Assembly: GCA_965262555.1 (NCBI GenBank)
Contig: OZ253543.1
Location: forward strand, 4,129,010-4,193,009
DNA length: 64,000 nucleotides
Direction: 5' to 3'
Source of the DNA: Vicinamibacterales bacterium
GTDB taxonomy: Bacteria; Acidobacteriota; Vicinamibacteria; Vicinamibacterales; UBA8438
A program made the position numbers and the translations under genes. Below the pieces are notes generated by a model. That model had not been told where the DNA came from and made no database searches. It saw only the letters and a program-made list of their open reading frames with translations. Shown here piece by piece: positions 34,858 through 43,331 of this stretch (the first letter of the stretch is position 1; every line of letters begins with the position of its first letter).

Positions 34858-34951
34858 TGGCGGTGAGGCAGGGATTCGAACCCTGGGAGGAGGTTAAAGC
34901 CCCCTCAACGGTTTAGCAAACCGCCGCCTTCAGCCTCTCGGCCACCTCACC
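34858..34951 (-). tRNA. tRNA-Ser (anticodon GCU), CCA encoded
   Basis: Hand fold of the reverse complement:
- Acceptor stem GGTGAGG/CCTCACC with discriminator G.
- 3-bp D stem GCC/GGC with loop GAGAGGCTGAA.
- Anticodon stem GCGGT/ACCGT with loop TTGCTAA.
- Long variable arm.
- T arm CAGGG-TTCGAAT-CCCTG. Confidence 0.9.
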
Positions 34952-35000
34952 GCAAGCGAGGGACTCCTACGATATCGCACTGCGTCGGCGGTTTCCACCC

Positions 35001-36383
35001 TCACCGGATGACCCAGAGTTCCGTCTGCGGCCCGGACAGGTACTCCACGCGGCCGTCCGAGTGAACGAGGGTGTCCTCCTCGCGCATGATGTCCACCGGC
35101 TGATCGTCCCATTCGGGGACCGGGACGGTCACCGCGAACTCGAGGGAGATCCACTCGCCGGCGCGGAGGGGGAAGCGGGGGTGGTCGCCGTAGCGTTCGG
35201 GCCAGTCGTGGATCATCCAGACGCCGGCGTCGTGCACCCAGTTGCCCTGCGCGTGGGAATAGACGAGTGACTCGATCCCCTCGTCGGCGGCGCGCGATTC
35301 GGCGGCGGTCTTGATCTCGATGCCGAGGCGACCCACCTCGAACTCGTCGAGGATGATTGTCGCCATGCGATTCGAGACGTCGAACGCGCGCCGCAGGCCG
35401 GCGGGCGGTTCGCTCTCGCCGTCGCGGAGCACGTAGGCCATCTTCTGCTGATCGGTTACCAGGCCGGAGCTGCGGACACCGAAGTCGACATGCAGGAGGT
35501 CGCCGCGCTCGATCACCGGGTCGGCGCTGTCGTCCATCGGCTCGGCGCCGCGCCGCTGCAGATCGAGCGACGCCGGGAAGTTGAACTCGAAGCCCTGGCG
35601 CTTCCACTCGGCGGTAATCCAGTAGTGGATATCCATCAGCGTCGTGCGGCCCGGTGTGATCACGTCGTTCGAGAGCGCGCGGTGCAGGATCTCGAACGTC
35701 GCGGCGCTCGCCTCTCGCTCGATCGCTTCCTCCGCCGGCGTCCGCGTGGAGACGTACTCGACGAGCAGCGGCACGGACGAGACGAGGCGATCGCGGTACG
35801 GCGCGCCGATGGCATTGATCAGGTAGTCCTTCAGCTCGGCCGTCAAGCCGTCCGCCATGCTGATCGTGCGCGACTGATTGATGGCGATCCGCCGCGGGTC
35901 CCGCGCCGCCACCCACTCCCTGAGGTGCGGCGCGAGCCCCTCCTCGCCATACAGCTCACGCTCGTCGTAGAACCGCGCAAGGTGGCCGCTCAGGTGGGTG
36001 CCGATGGCGGCCGTTTCCAGCCCGCGCTCGCCCGCGTCGCGGAAGAGGTAGGCGTTGCGGTGGCCGTACCAGCCGGTGACGCCGTGGCCGCCGAACAGTT
36101 CGATCGCCGGGTCGGGACCGTTCTCGCGGCTCAGGATGATCCAGAGGTCGATGTCGTGCGCACGCATCAGCGGGAGGAGATGCGTGCGCATCTTCTCCGC
36201 CTTGACCGTCCATTCCCGCTCGGTCCGCTCCCGGACCAGCTCCGGTGTCAGTTGCGCACCGGCCGGCGCGGCCGCGAGCACGGCGAGGAGGGCGGTTGCG
36301 GCCGCGCCGCCCAGGGGCACGATGCCGGCCCACCATGACTGCCGGCTGCATGCCGGCGCGCCATGAACGGTCCAGCGCATCAT
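35001..36383 (-). CDS. M24-family metallopeptidase (Xaa-Pro aminopeptidase-like), secreted
   Basis: 460 aa. Signal-like N-terminus, creatinase/prolidase-type N-domain and pita-bread C-domain pattern (LLHVDFG...YSHAQGNWVHD...LEF). Confidence 0.7.
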   Translation of the reverse strand: MMRWTVHGAPACSRQSWWAGIVPLGGAAATALLAVLAAAPAGAQLTPELVRERTEREWTVKAEKMRTHLLPLMRAHDIDLWIILSRENGPDPAIELFGGHGVTGWYGHRNAYLFRDAGERGLETAAIGTHLSGHLARFYDERELYGEEGLAPHLREWVAARDPRRIAINQSRTISMADGLTAELKDYLINAIGAPYRDRLVSSVPLLVEYVSTRTPAEEAIEREASAATFEILHRALSNDVITPGRTTLMDIHYWITAEWKRQGFEFNFPASLDLQRRGAEPMDDSADPVIERGDLLHVDFGVRSSGLVTDQQKMAYVLRDGESEPPAGLRRAFDVSNRMATIILDEFEVGRLGIEIKTAAESRAADEGIESLVYSHAQGNWVHDAGVWMIHDWPERYGDHPRFPLRAGEWISLEFAVTVPVPEWDDQPVDIMREEDTLVHSDGRVEYLSGPQTELWVIR

Positions 36384-36389
36384 GAACGG

Positions 36390-37532
36390 CTAACCGCCGT
36401 AGGCGATCCGGTAGATGGCGCCCACCTGATCGTCGCTGACAAGCAGCGCGCCGTCCGGCATCACCTGCACGTCGACCGGGCGGCCCCATGCCTCGTTGGT
36501 CGTGGTGTCCAGCCAGCCGTCGGCGAAGATCGAGTAGTCGGTCACCTGGTCGCCGTCGAGCGTGGCGACGGTGATCCGGTAGCCGATGTGGCCCGCCTCC
36601 GGCGTCCGGTTCCAGGAGCCGTGCTCGGCGATGAAGATCTGGCTGCGGTACGCGGCCGGGAACATGTCGCCGGTGTAGAACCGCATGCCGAGCGAGGCGA
36701 CGTGCGGGCCCAGCTTCCGGGCCGGCGGACGGAACTCGCTGCAGGGGCGCGTGTTGAACTCCGGATCCTGGATGTCGCCCTGGTGGCAGAAGGGGAAGCC
36801 GAAGTGCAGGCCCGGCCCCGGCGCGTGATTCAGCGTGTCGGCCGGCTGCGTGTCGCCCAGCATGTCCCGGCCGTTGTTCGTGAACCAGAGCTCGTCGGTC
36901 TCCGGGTGCCACCCGAAGCCGACCGAGTTGCGGATGCCGCGCGCGTAGATCTGCAGGTCGCTCCCGTCCGGGTTCATGCGGGTGATCGTGGCGTAGATCG
37001 GCGCGGTCGCCTCGTGGTCGCAGACGTTGCACGGCGCCCCGACCGGCACGTAGAGCCGTCCGTCCGGACCGAACGCAATGAACTTCCAGCCGTGCAGCCG
37101 GTCGCCCGGGAATGCGTCGTTGACCACCACCGGTTCTGGTGGCGTCTCCAGGTGTGCCTCGATGTTGTCGTACCGCAAGACGCGACTCCCTTCGGCGACG
37201 TAGAGCGCGCCGTCCTGGAACGCCACGCCGTTCGGCATGTTGAGGTCCGAGTCGATCGTCAACACGCGGTCGGCCGTCTGATCGCCGTCGTCGTCGAGCA
37301 CCGCGTACACGTTCCCCGCCCGCCGCGTACTGACGAAGAGGGTGCCGCTCGGGCTGAGCGCCATCTGCCGCGCGTTCGGGACGTCGGCCGCGTACACCTC
37401 GATCGAGAATCCCGGCGGCAGCGTCAGCCGACTGAGCTGCGGCCGGCCCATCCCGTCCTGGGCCGATGCCGGCGCCGCGATCAGCGCAGCGACCGCACTA
37501 CTGATCAGGATCGACACGATGCGAATCGTCAT
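36390..37532 (-). CDS. PQQ-dependent sugar (sorbosone/glucose) dehydrogenase-family beta-propeller
   Basis: Trimmed to the ATG at 37532 after GAGGA. Signal peptide, then LPPGFSIEVYAADVPNARQMALSPSGTLFVS...NMPNGVAF..GALYVAE, typical of the family. Confidence 0.75.
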   Translation of the reverse strand: MTIRIVSILISSAVAALIAAPASAQDGMGRPQLSRLTLPPGFSIEVYAADVPNARQMALSPSGTLFVSTRRAGNVYAVLDDDGDQTADRVLTIDSDLNMPNGVAFQDGALYVAEGSRVLRYDNIEAHLETPPEPVVVNDAFPGDRLHGWKFIAFGPDGRLYVPVGAPCNVCDHEATAPIYATITRMNPDGSDLQIYARGIRNSVGFGWHPETDELWFTNNGRDMLGDTQPADTLNHAPGPGLHFGFPFCHQGDIQDPEFNTRPCSEFRPPARKLGPHVASLGMRFYTGDMFPAAYRSQIFIAEHGSWNRTPEAGHIGYRITVATLDGDQVTDYSIFADGWLDTTTNEAWGRPVDVQVMPDGALLVSDDQVGAIYRIAYGG

Positions 37533-37602
37533 GGGTCGTCCTCGGTCTGCCGGCGCGATGCGCCGTTGCATCACTCTGCTCCGGGACGGCTCCGGCCGAT
37601 TC

Positions 37603-40600
37603 CTAGTACCGGAAGAGGTACTGGAACTTGGCGAAGAATGCCCGGTTGGTCCGCTGCAGCGACGTGACGTAGGGGTAGTACTGCTCCGTAATGCCGTCGC
37701 CGTCGGTATCCTGGAAGATCAGGTCGCCCTGCTGGTAGCGATCGTCATACCCGATGTAGAACGCGGTGCCGGCGTTGACACGGTAGGTGAACAGCACGTT
37801 CAGCCCAAGCGTCTTGTCGTGACTGTTGTACTCGGCGATGTTCCGGAACGCGAATCGATCGGTGAACTGGTAGGTGCTGAGCGCGCGCAGGATCTTGACG
37901 TCGAAGACCAGGATGTCGCCGTTGCTCGGATCGATGAGATCGCTCGTCCCGAGGTTGATCTGCGACTGGAACCGTGAGAACGGCCGAATCGTCGCGTAGA
38001 AGTTCCCGTTGCTCCCATGCCCGAGGTATGGAAGCGCGTCACTGCCCCGGTTGTAATTCACCACGCCGCCGATCTCGTAGTTGGCTCCGAACGACAACCG
38101 CCGGCTGGTGTTGATTTGCGTACCGATCGATAGCTTCTGCTTCTCGAAGTTGATCCCCCGATACCGCTCCATCTCGTCCACAAAGTCGGCGTTGACCCTG
38201 ATGTTCCTGGCGAAGGTGATGTTGAACCCGGTGCGGACCATCTTGTCCTGGAGCGTGTTGTCGAAGGTGTAGTTGAAGCTGTACTGGAGGCTCGGCCCCC
38301 AGCTCACCACCGTCGATTCGGGCCGGAAGGTATAGCCGATGCGGCTGAACATCCGCCTTTCGTTGACCCGGCGCACGAAACCGAGGTCATGCCTGAAATT
38401 GGGCGACAGGGTGTAGCCACCCAGGAACGCATTCCAGTTCCGGCTGTTGAGCCGCCACATCAGGTCGAACATCTGGCCCCGTCGCTTGACGCCTTGCAGG
38501 TCGACATGGTCGGTCTGCACCCCCTTCATACCGAGCGACTGCGTCCGGCCCAGGCGGAAGTTGGCGTCGATACCGCCCAGCGTGCTGCGGCTTCCCATGA
38601 ACGTCCGGTTGGTGAAGATGGTGCCGATGTACGACTCGGCGTACAGGTCGTAGCGCGCGCGCGCGGCAACGTTGTTCGCCTTCTGTCGGTACGCGGGGTC
38701 CCCGGCCTCCACGCGCCCCGGCCCCTCGTCGTTCGCCACCAGCACACCGATCGTCGTGTTCCCCACCTTGCCGGTCAGCCTGCCGCCGATCTCCGGATCG
38801 ACGATGTGCCGCGTGTAGAGGAACGTGATCGGCCCAATCATCTGGAAGATCTCCGCCCCTTCCAGGAAGAAGGGCCGAAGTTCCGGGTAGCGGAGCTGGA
38901 ACCGCTGGTTAACTTCGATCTGCGGCAGGTCCGTCTCGATCTGCGAAAAGTCGGGGTTGTACGCGAAGTCGGCCACCAGGTTCGACGTGATGCCGTACTT
39001 CACGTTCAGTCCGCCTTCAGGCTTCACGTCGCCAATGTTGTAGCTGGCCCCCTGGAGCCGGCCGTAGCGGATCGCCGTGAACGTCGGGAGGAATTCCAGG
39101 TTGCGGCTGAGTGACAGGTTGGTCATCCCCTCGAGGACGCCCATCTGCGTCAGGAAGCCGGAGACGTTCCGCGTGACCGGCGCCCAGACCTGGAACTCGT
39201 CCTTCCCCCGCACCTCGCGCACCACCTGGAACCCCCAGCGGTGAGGGACGCCGCGGTCGCGCTGCGGGTACCGGAGACTCTTGAACGGGATCGCCATCTC
39301 GGCCGTGAAGCCGTCCTCCACGATGCGGCCGCCGCTGTCGAACAGCGCGTCCCAGCTCGAGTCGCCGGTCGGGATCTGTCCGCCGCCGAAGAAGCCACCG
39401 CCGCCACCACCACCGCGGCCACGGCCGCCGCTCCGGCCGCGCCCGCGGCTGCTGAAGCCGCGCGAATCGACCACGGAGTCTCCCTGGACGCCGTAGCCGT
39501 TGACCGAGAACCGGTAGGCGCGCTGCTGATCGACGAAGGTGTCGAAATAGACAGCGATGTTGTCGTCCTCGAACGACTGATCGCGGTCGACACGGTTGGC
39601 GCGCATCAGACCAGGATCCGCGTAGTGGGCATGGACGGCGACGTAGATATTCTGGGAGTCGTAGGCGATCCAGACATCGGTGGCCTCGGTTGCCGGTGCT
39701 CCCTCGACCGGGTTCTGCTGCACGAAATCGGTGATGTGGAGCGCGTCGCGCCAGAGGGCATCATCGAGGCGCCCGTCGATCCGCGGGCCCTCCGCCACAC
39801 GCGGCGGCCCGATGGTGGGGCGTCCGGTCAGGATGCCTGCCCCCTCTGCCACGCCGAACCCGGCGGACGCCGTGGCAGCCTCGCCGAAGGCGATTCCTCC
39901 CTCAACGCCGTTTGGCCGCGCCGGCGCACCCGGCGGTGCGCTCTCCGGGCGACCGCGCTCCGGCCGTTCGGGAAGAATGACGCCGTCCGCGGTCCGCGGC
40001 GCGGGCGGCGCGCCCCTCTCAGCGGCAGGGACGAACCGGCCCTCGCCGTTGCCGGCTCCGTTGCCGACTCCGTTACCGGCGACGCTCTCAGCCTGGACGC
40101 TGGGCACCGCCGCCGCAGGCGACCGTCCCCCTGCCGCTGCGGGCGACCGTTCCACTGGCGCCCCGCGTGACCGCTCCGCGGCGACCGCGGGTGACCGCCC
40201 CGCCGCACCGGCCAGCGCGGCGCCAAGCTGCACCACCACCTCGTCCTGCAGCCCGAACAGATCGCCAACACTGCCATCCACCCTGATGGCGTCGGCGATG
40301 TCACCGGTCGCCGGGTCGAGCACGCTCGCGGTGATCCGGATCTGGTCCCCCACCCGCTGGTACCCGCCCGTCACCAGCCAGGCGGCCCCGGTCTCCCGCG
40401 CCGTCTCCAGCGCCGCGGCGCCCCGCGCGTTCGCGCTCGCCGCCAGCCGGACCACTTCGACCCCGGCGATCCGTCCGATGTCGGTCTCCACCGTCTCGGC
40501 GATGCCGACGCCGATCCACTCGTCTTCCGGCGCGCCGGAAATGTTCACGAACGGGGCCACGACCACGCCGTCCGGCGCCTGCGCGCCCGCCACCGTGGGC

Positions 40601-40653
40601 GCCAGCAAGCCCATCCACACAACGAACGGCACGAATGGCCTCCTCACGCGCAT
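37603..40653 (-). CDS. large secreted/outer-membrane protein, CBM9-like plus DUF5916-like, with an extra N-terminal domain and low-complexity inserts
   Basis: Trimmed to the ATG at 40653 (MRVRRPFVPFVVWMGLLAPTVAGAQA). It shares IDGRLDDALWRDA...FVQQNPVEGAPATE...MAIPFKSLRY with 7263..9716. Confidence 0.65.
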   Translation of the reverse strand: MRVRRPFVPFVVWMGLLAPTVAGAQAPDGVVVAPFVNISGAPEDEWIGVGIAETVETDIGRIAGVEVVRLAASANARGAAALETARETGAAWLVTGGYQRVGDQIRITASVLDPATGDIADAIRVDGSVGDLFGLQDEVVVQLGAALAGAAGRSPAVAAERSRGAPVERSPAAAGGRSPAAAVPSVQAESVAGNGVGNGAGNGEGRFVPAAERGAPPAPRTADGVILPERPERGRPESAPPGAPARPNGVEGGIAFGEAATASAGFGVAEGAGILTGRPTIGPPRVAEGPRIDGRLDDALWRDALHITDFVQQNPVEGAPATEATDVWIAYDSQNIYVAVHAHYADPGLMRANRVDRDQSFEDDNIAVYFDTFVDQQRAYRFSVNGYGVQGDSVVDSRGFSSRGRGRSGGRGRGGGGGGGFFGGGQIPTGDSSWDALFDSGGRIVEDGFTAEMAIPFKSLRYPQRDRGVPHRWGFQVVREVRGKDEFQVWAPVTRNVSGFLTQMGVLEGMTNLSLSRNLEFLPTFTAIRYGRLQGASYNIGDVKPEGGLNVKYGITSNLVADFAYNPDFSQIETDLPQIEVNQRFQLRYPELRPFFLEGAEIFQMIGPITFLYTRHIVDPEIGGRLTGKVGNTTIGVLVANDEGPGRVEAGDPAYRQKANNVAARARYDLYAESYIGTIFTNRTFMGSRSTLGGIDANFRLGRTQSLGMKGVQTDHVDLQGVKRRGQMFDLMWRLNSRNWNAFLGGYTLSPNFRHDLGFVRRVNERRMFSRIGYTFRPESTVVSWGPSLQYSFNYTFDNTLQDKMVRTGFNITFARNIRVNADFVDEMERYRGINFEKQKLSIGTQINTSRRLSFGANYEIGGVVNYNRGSDALPYLGHGSNGNFYATIRPFSRFQSQINLGTSDLIDPSNGDILVFDVKILRALSTYQFTDRFAFRNIAEYNSHDKTLGLNVLFTYRVNAGTAFYIGYDDRYQQGDLIFQDTDGDGITEQYYPYVTSLQRTNRAFFAKFQYLFRY

Positions 40654-40781
40654 GACTGCCGACCTCGTTTCCTTAATGCCCGACGGCGTGGAACTGTTAA
40701 TCATAGCTGATTCCGCTTTGGCACCTGCCTACTGAGACGGAATGGGGCGACCCCCACGTTTACGCGCGGACCGACCGGATC

Positions 40782-41852
40782 TCAGCCGGCCAGGCGGTCG
40801 ACGATGGCCCGAGCCATCGCGGTGCAGGTGAGGGCCGGCGCACCGTCGGGCGGAGGGAGATCCGCGGTGCGACAGCCGTCGGCCAGGGCGGCGCCGATCG
40901 CCGTCTCGATCGCGGACGCCTCGGTCTCCGCCCCAAGGGCATGGCGGAGCAGCATGGCGACGGAGGCGATGGCGCCGATCGGGTTGGCGCGGTCCTGGCC
41001 GGCAATGTCGGGGGCGGACCCATGGACCGGTTCGAACAGCCCGCCCGTGCTGCCGATGCTGGCCGACGGAAGCAGGCCGAGCGAGCCGACAACGGCGCCC
41101 GCCTCGTCCGAGATGATGTCGCCGAAGAGGTTGCCGGCGAGCAGGACATCCATCGACGCCGGCGCCGTGACGAGGCGCATCGTGCAGGAGTCGACCAACT
41201 GGTGCTCGAGCGTCACGTCCGGATAGTCGGCGGCAACGCGGGTCACCACTTCCCGCCAGAGGCGTGAGGACTCCAGGACATTCGCCTTGTCGACCGACGT
41301 CACCAGCTTCCGCCGGCCACGCGCCGCCTCGAACGCGACCCGCGCGATCCGGTCGATCTCCGGCACGCTGTAGCGCATGGTGTCGAACGCCTCGGTCCCG
41401 TCCTCGTTCCGGCCGCGCGGCTCGCCGAAGTAGATGCCGCCAATCAGCTCGCGGACGATCAGCAGGTCGACCCCCACGAGCCGCTCCGGACGGAGGGGGC
41501 CCTCCGCATGAAGGCCAGGCCAGACGCGCGCCGGTCGGAGGTTCGCCCAGACATCGAGCGCCTTGCGCAGCTCAAGCAGGCCGGTCTCGGGGCGCCGTTC
41601 GCGCGGGCCATCGCTGAACTCGGGATCGCCCACGGCACCCAGCAGCACCGCGTCCGCCGCGCAGCAGGCCTCGAGGGTCGCGGGCGGCAGCGCCGGATCG
41701 CCAGCCCGCAGCGCAACGGCACCGAACGGCGATCGGGTGAGCGCGAAGGTATGGCCGTACCTCGCGGCGACGGCGTCGAGCACCCTCTGGGCGGCCTCGA
41801 TGACTTCCGGACCGATCCCGTCCCCGGGGAGCAGCGCGATGGTGGCGTGCAT
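40782..41852 (-). CDS. leuB: 3-isopropylmalate dehydrogenase
   Basis: IALLPGDGIGPEV..., LLGAVG, and GSAPDIAGQDRANPIGAI are all classic LeuB motifs. Confidence 0.9.
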   Translation of the reverse strand: MHATIALLPGDGIGPEVIEAAQRVLDAVAARYGHTFALTRSPFGAVALRAGDPALPPATLEACCAADAVLLGAVGDPEFSDGPRERRPETGLLELRKALDVWANLRPARVWPGLHAEGPLRPERLVGVDLLIVRELIGGIYFGEPRGRNEDGTEAFDTMRYSVPEIDRIARVAFEAARGRRKLVTSVDKANVLESSRLWREVVTRVAADYPDVTLEHQLVDSCTMRLVTAPASMDVLLAGNLFGDIISDEAGAVVGSLGLLPSASIGSTGGLFEPVHGSAPDIAGQDRANPIGAIASVAMLLRHALGAETEASAIETAIGAALADGCRTADLPPPDGAPALTCTAMARAIVDRLAG

Positions 41853-41864
41853 ACGGGCAGCCGA

Positions 41865-43067
41865 TCAGGCGCGGTCGCCGGCAACGGCGGCAGGCACCGG
41901 CGCGTCGGCCGACGCGGACCGGACGCGCGCGACGATGGCGGTCACGTCGTCGTCCTCCACCGTCTTCTGCCGATCGGCCAGTGTGATCACCTCGCGGTAC
42001 ACCCGGTCCAGCTCGAAGCGGTTCAGGTCGTGTCCCAGATCCTCGCACCGCTTCTTGACGGCGTGCCGGCCGGAGTGCTTGCCGAGGACCAGGGTCGATG
42101 TGACGCCCACGTCCTCCGGCCTCATGATCTCGTAAGTGCGGCGGTCTTTGATGACGCCGTCCTGATGGATGCCCGCCTCGTGGGCGAATGCGTTGCGGCC
42201 GACGATCGCCTTGTTCGCCTGCACCGGCTGCCCGGTCAACTCGGAAAGTAGCCGGCTCGTCTGGACCAGCTCGGTCGTCCGGATCGCCGTCTCGAACGGC
42301 AGACGGTCCGGCTTCACCTTCGTCGCCATCACGATCTCCTCGAGCGCCGCGTTGCCCGCCCGCTCGCCGATGCCGTTGATGGTGCACTCCACCTGCCGGC
42401 AGCCGGCGCGCATCGCGGCCAGCGAGTTGGCGACGGCGAGCCCCAGATCGTCGTGGCAGTGCGCGCTGAAGATCACCTGGTCGGCATCGTGTACCTTGCC
42501 GCGCACCACGGTGAAGAACTCCACGATCTCATCCGGGGTGCAGTAGCCGACCGTGTCGGGCAGGTTGATCGTCGTCGCGCCGGCGGCGGTCGCCGCGTCG
42601 ATCGCCCGACAGAGGAAGTCGAGGTCGCTCCGGGTCGCGTCCTCGGCCGAGAACTCGACGTCGTCGGTGTAGCCGCGCGCCTGCGCGACACAGGCAGTGA
42701 TCGCCGCGAGACACGCCTCCCGGCTCATGTGGAGCTTCCGCTCGAGGTGCAGGTCGGAGGTGGCGATGAACGTGTGGATCCGCGACCGCTGCGCCGACCT
42801 GAGCGACTCGCCGGCGCGGTCGATATCGGCCGGGTTGCAACGCGCGAGCGCCGCGATCACGGGCCCCTGAAGCTCGCTGGCAATGAGGGCGACGGCGTGC
42901 GCGTCGTCGTCCGATGCGATCGGAAAACCCGCCTCGATGACATCCGCGCCGAGCGCGGCGAGCTGACGTCCGAGGCGGATCTTCTCCTGCGTATTCATCG
43001 AGAAGCCGGGCGATTGCTCACCGTCCCGCAGCGTGGTATCGAAGATGATCAGCCGGTCTGTGGCCAT
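41865..43067 (-). CDS. leuA: 2-isopropylmalate synthase-family enzyme, short form without the C-terminal regulatory domain
   Basis: IFDTTLRDGEQSPG..., HCHDDLGLAVANSLAA, EGTINGIGERAGNA-like core. At 400 aa it could also be a citramalate or homocitrate synthase. Confidence 0.75.
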   Translation of the reverse strand: MATDRLIIFDTTLRDGEQSPGFSMNTQEKIRLGRQLAALGADVIEAGFPIASDDDAHAVALIASELQGPVIAALARCNPADIDRAGESLRSAQRSRIHTFIATSDLHLERKLHMSREACLAAITACVAQARGYTDDVEFSAEDATRSDLDFLCRAIDAATAAGATTINLPDTVGYCTPDEIVEFFTVVRGKVHDADQVIFSAHCHDDLGLAVANSLAAMRAGCRQVECTINGIGERAGNAALEEIVMATKVKPDRLPFETAIRTTELVQTSRLLSELTGQPVQANKAIVGRNAFAHEAGIHQDGVIKDRRTYEIMRPEDVGVTSTLVLGKHSGRHAVKKRCEDLGHDLNRFELDRVYREVITLADRQKTVEDDDVTAIVARVRSASADAPVPAAVAGDRA

Positions 43068-43331
43068 TGGAAACCCCCGCGTGTCTGCTAGCAGCCTCTA
43101 CTGTATCCCGGCGGGCAGGCGGTAAGTCAAAGTTATGATTATTACACTGTGATTCAATCTATTTATGACATGGAGCCTCCAGGGAACGGCTTCAGCCCAC
43201 GTTTTACCTTGAATTAACGATCCGGTGACCGACCGGATATACAGCTCCGATATCGTTCGATCCGTTCCGCCACGGAGTAGGTCTGCGACCTACCGCACGG
43301 CATGTGTCCACAGAACCGGAGGATCGAATTC

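Noticed and set aside
43068-43331. The leuA upstream region examined for a Leu-rich leader peptide/attenuator or T-box
   Set aside because: I could read no short ORF with consecutive Leu codons and no T-box-like specifier structure. The region is just an AT-rich divergent promoter region.
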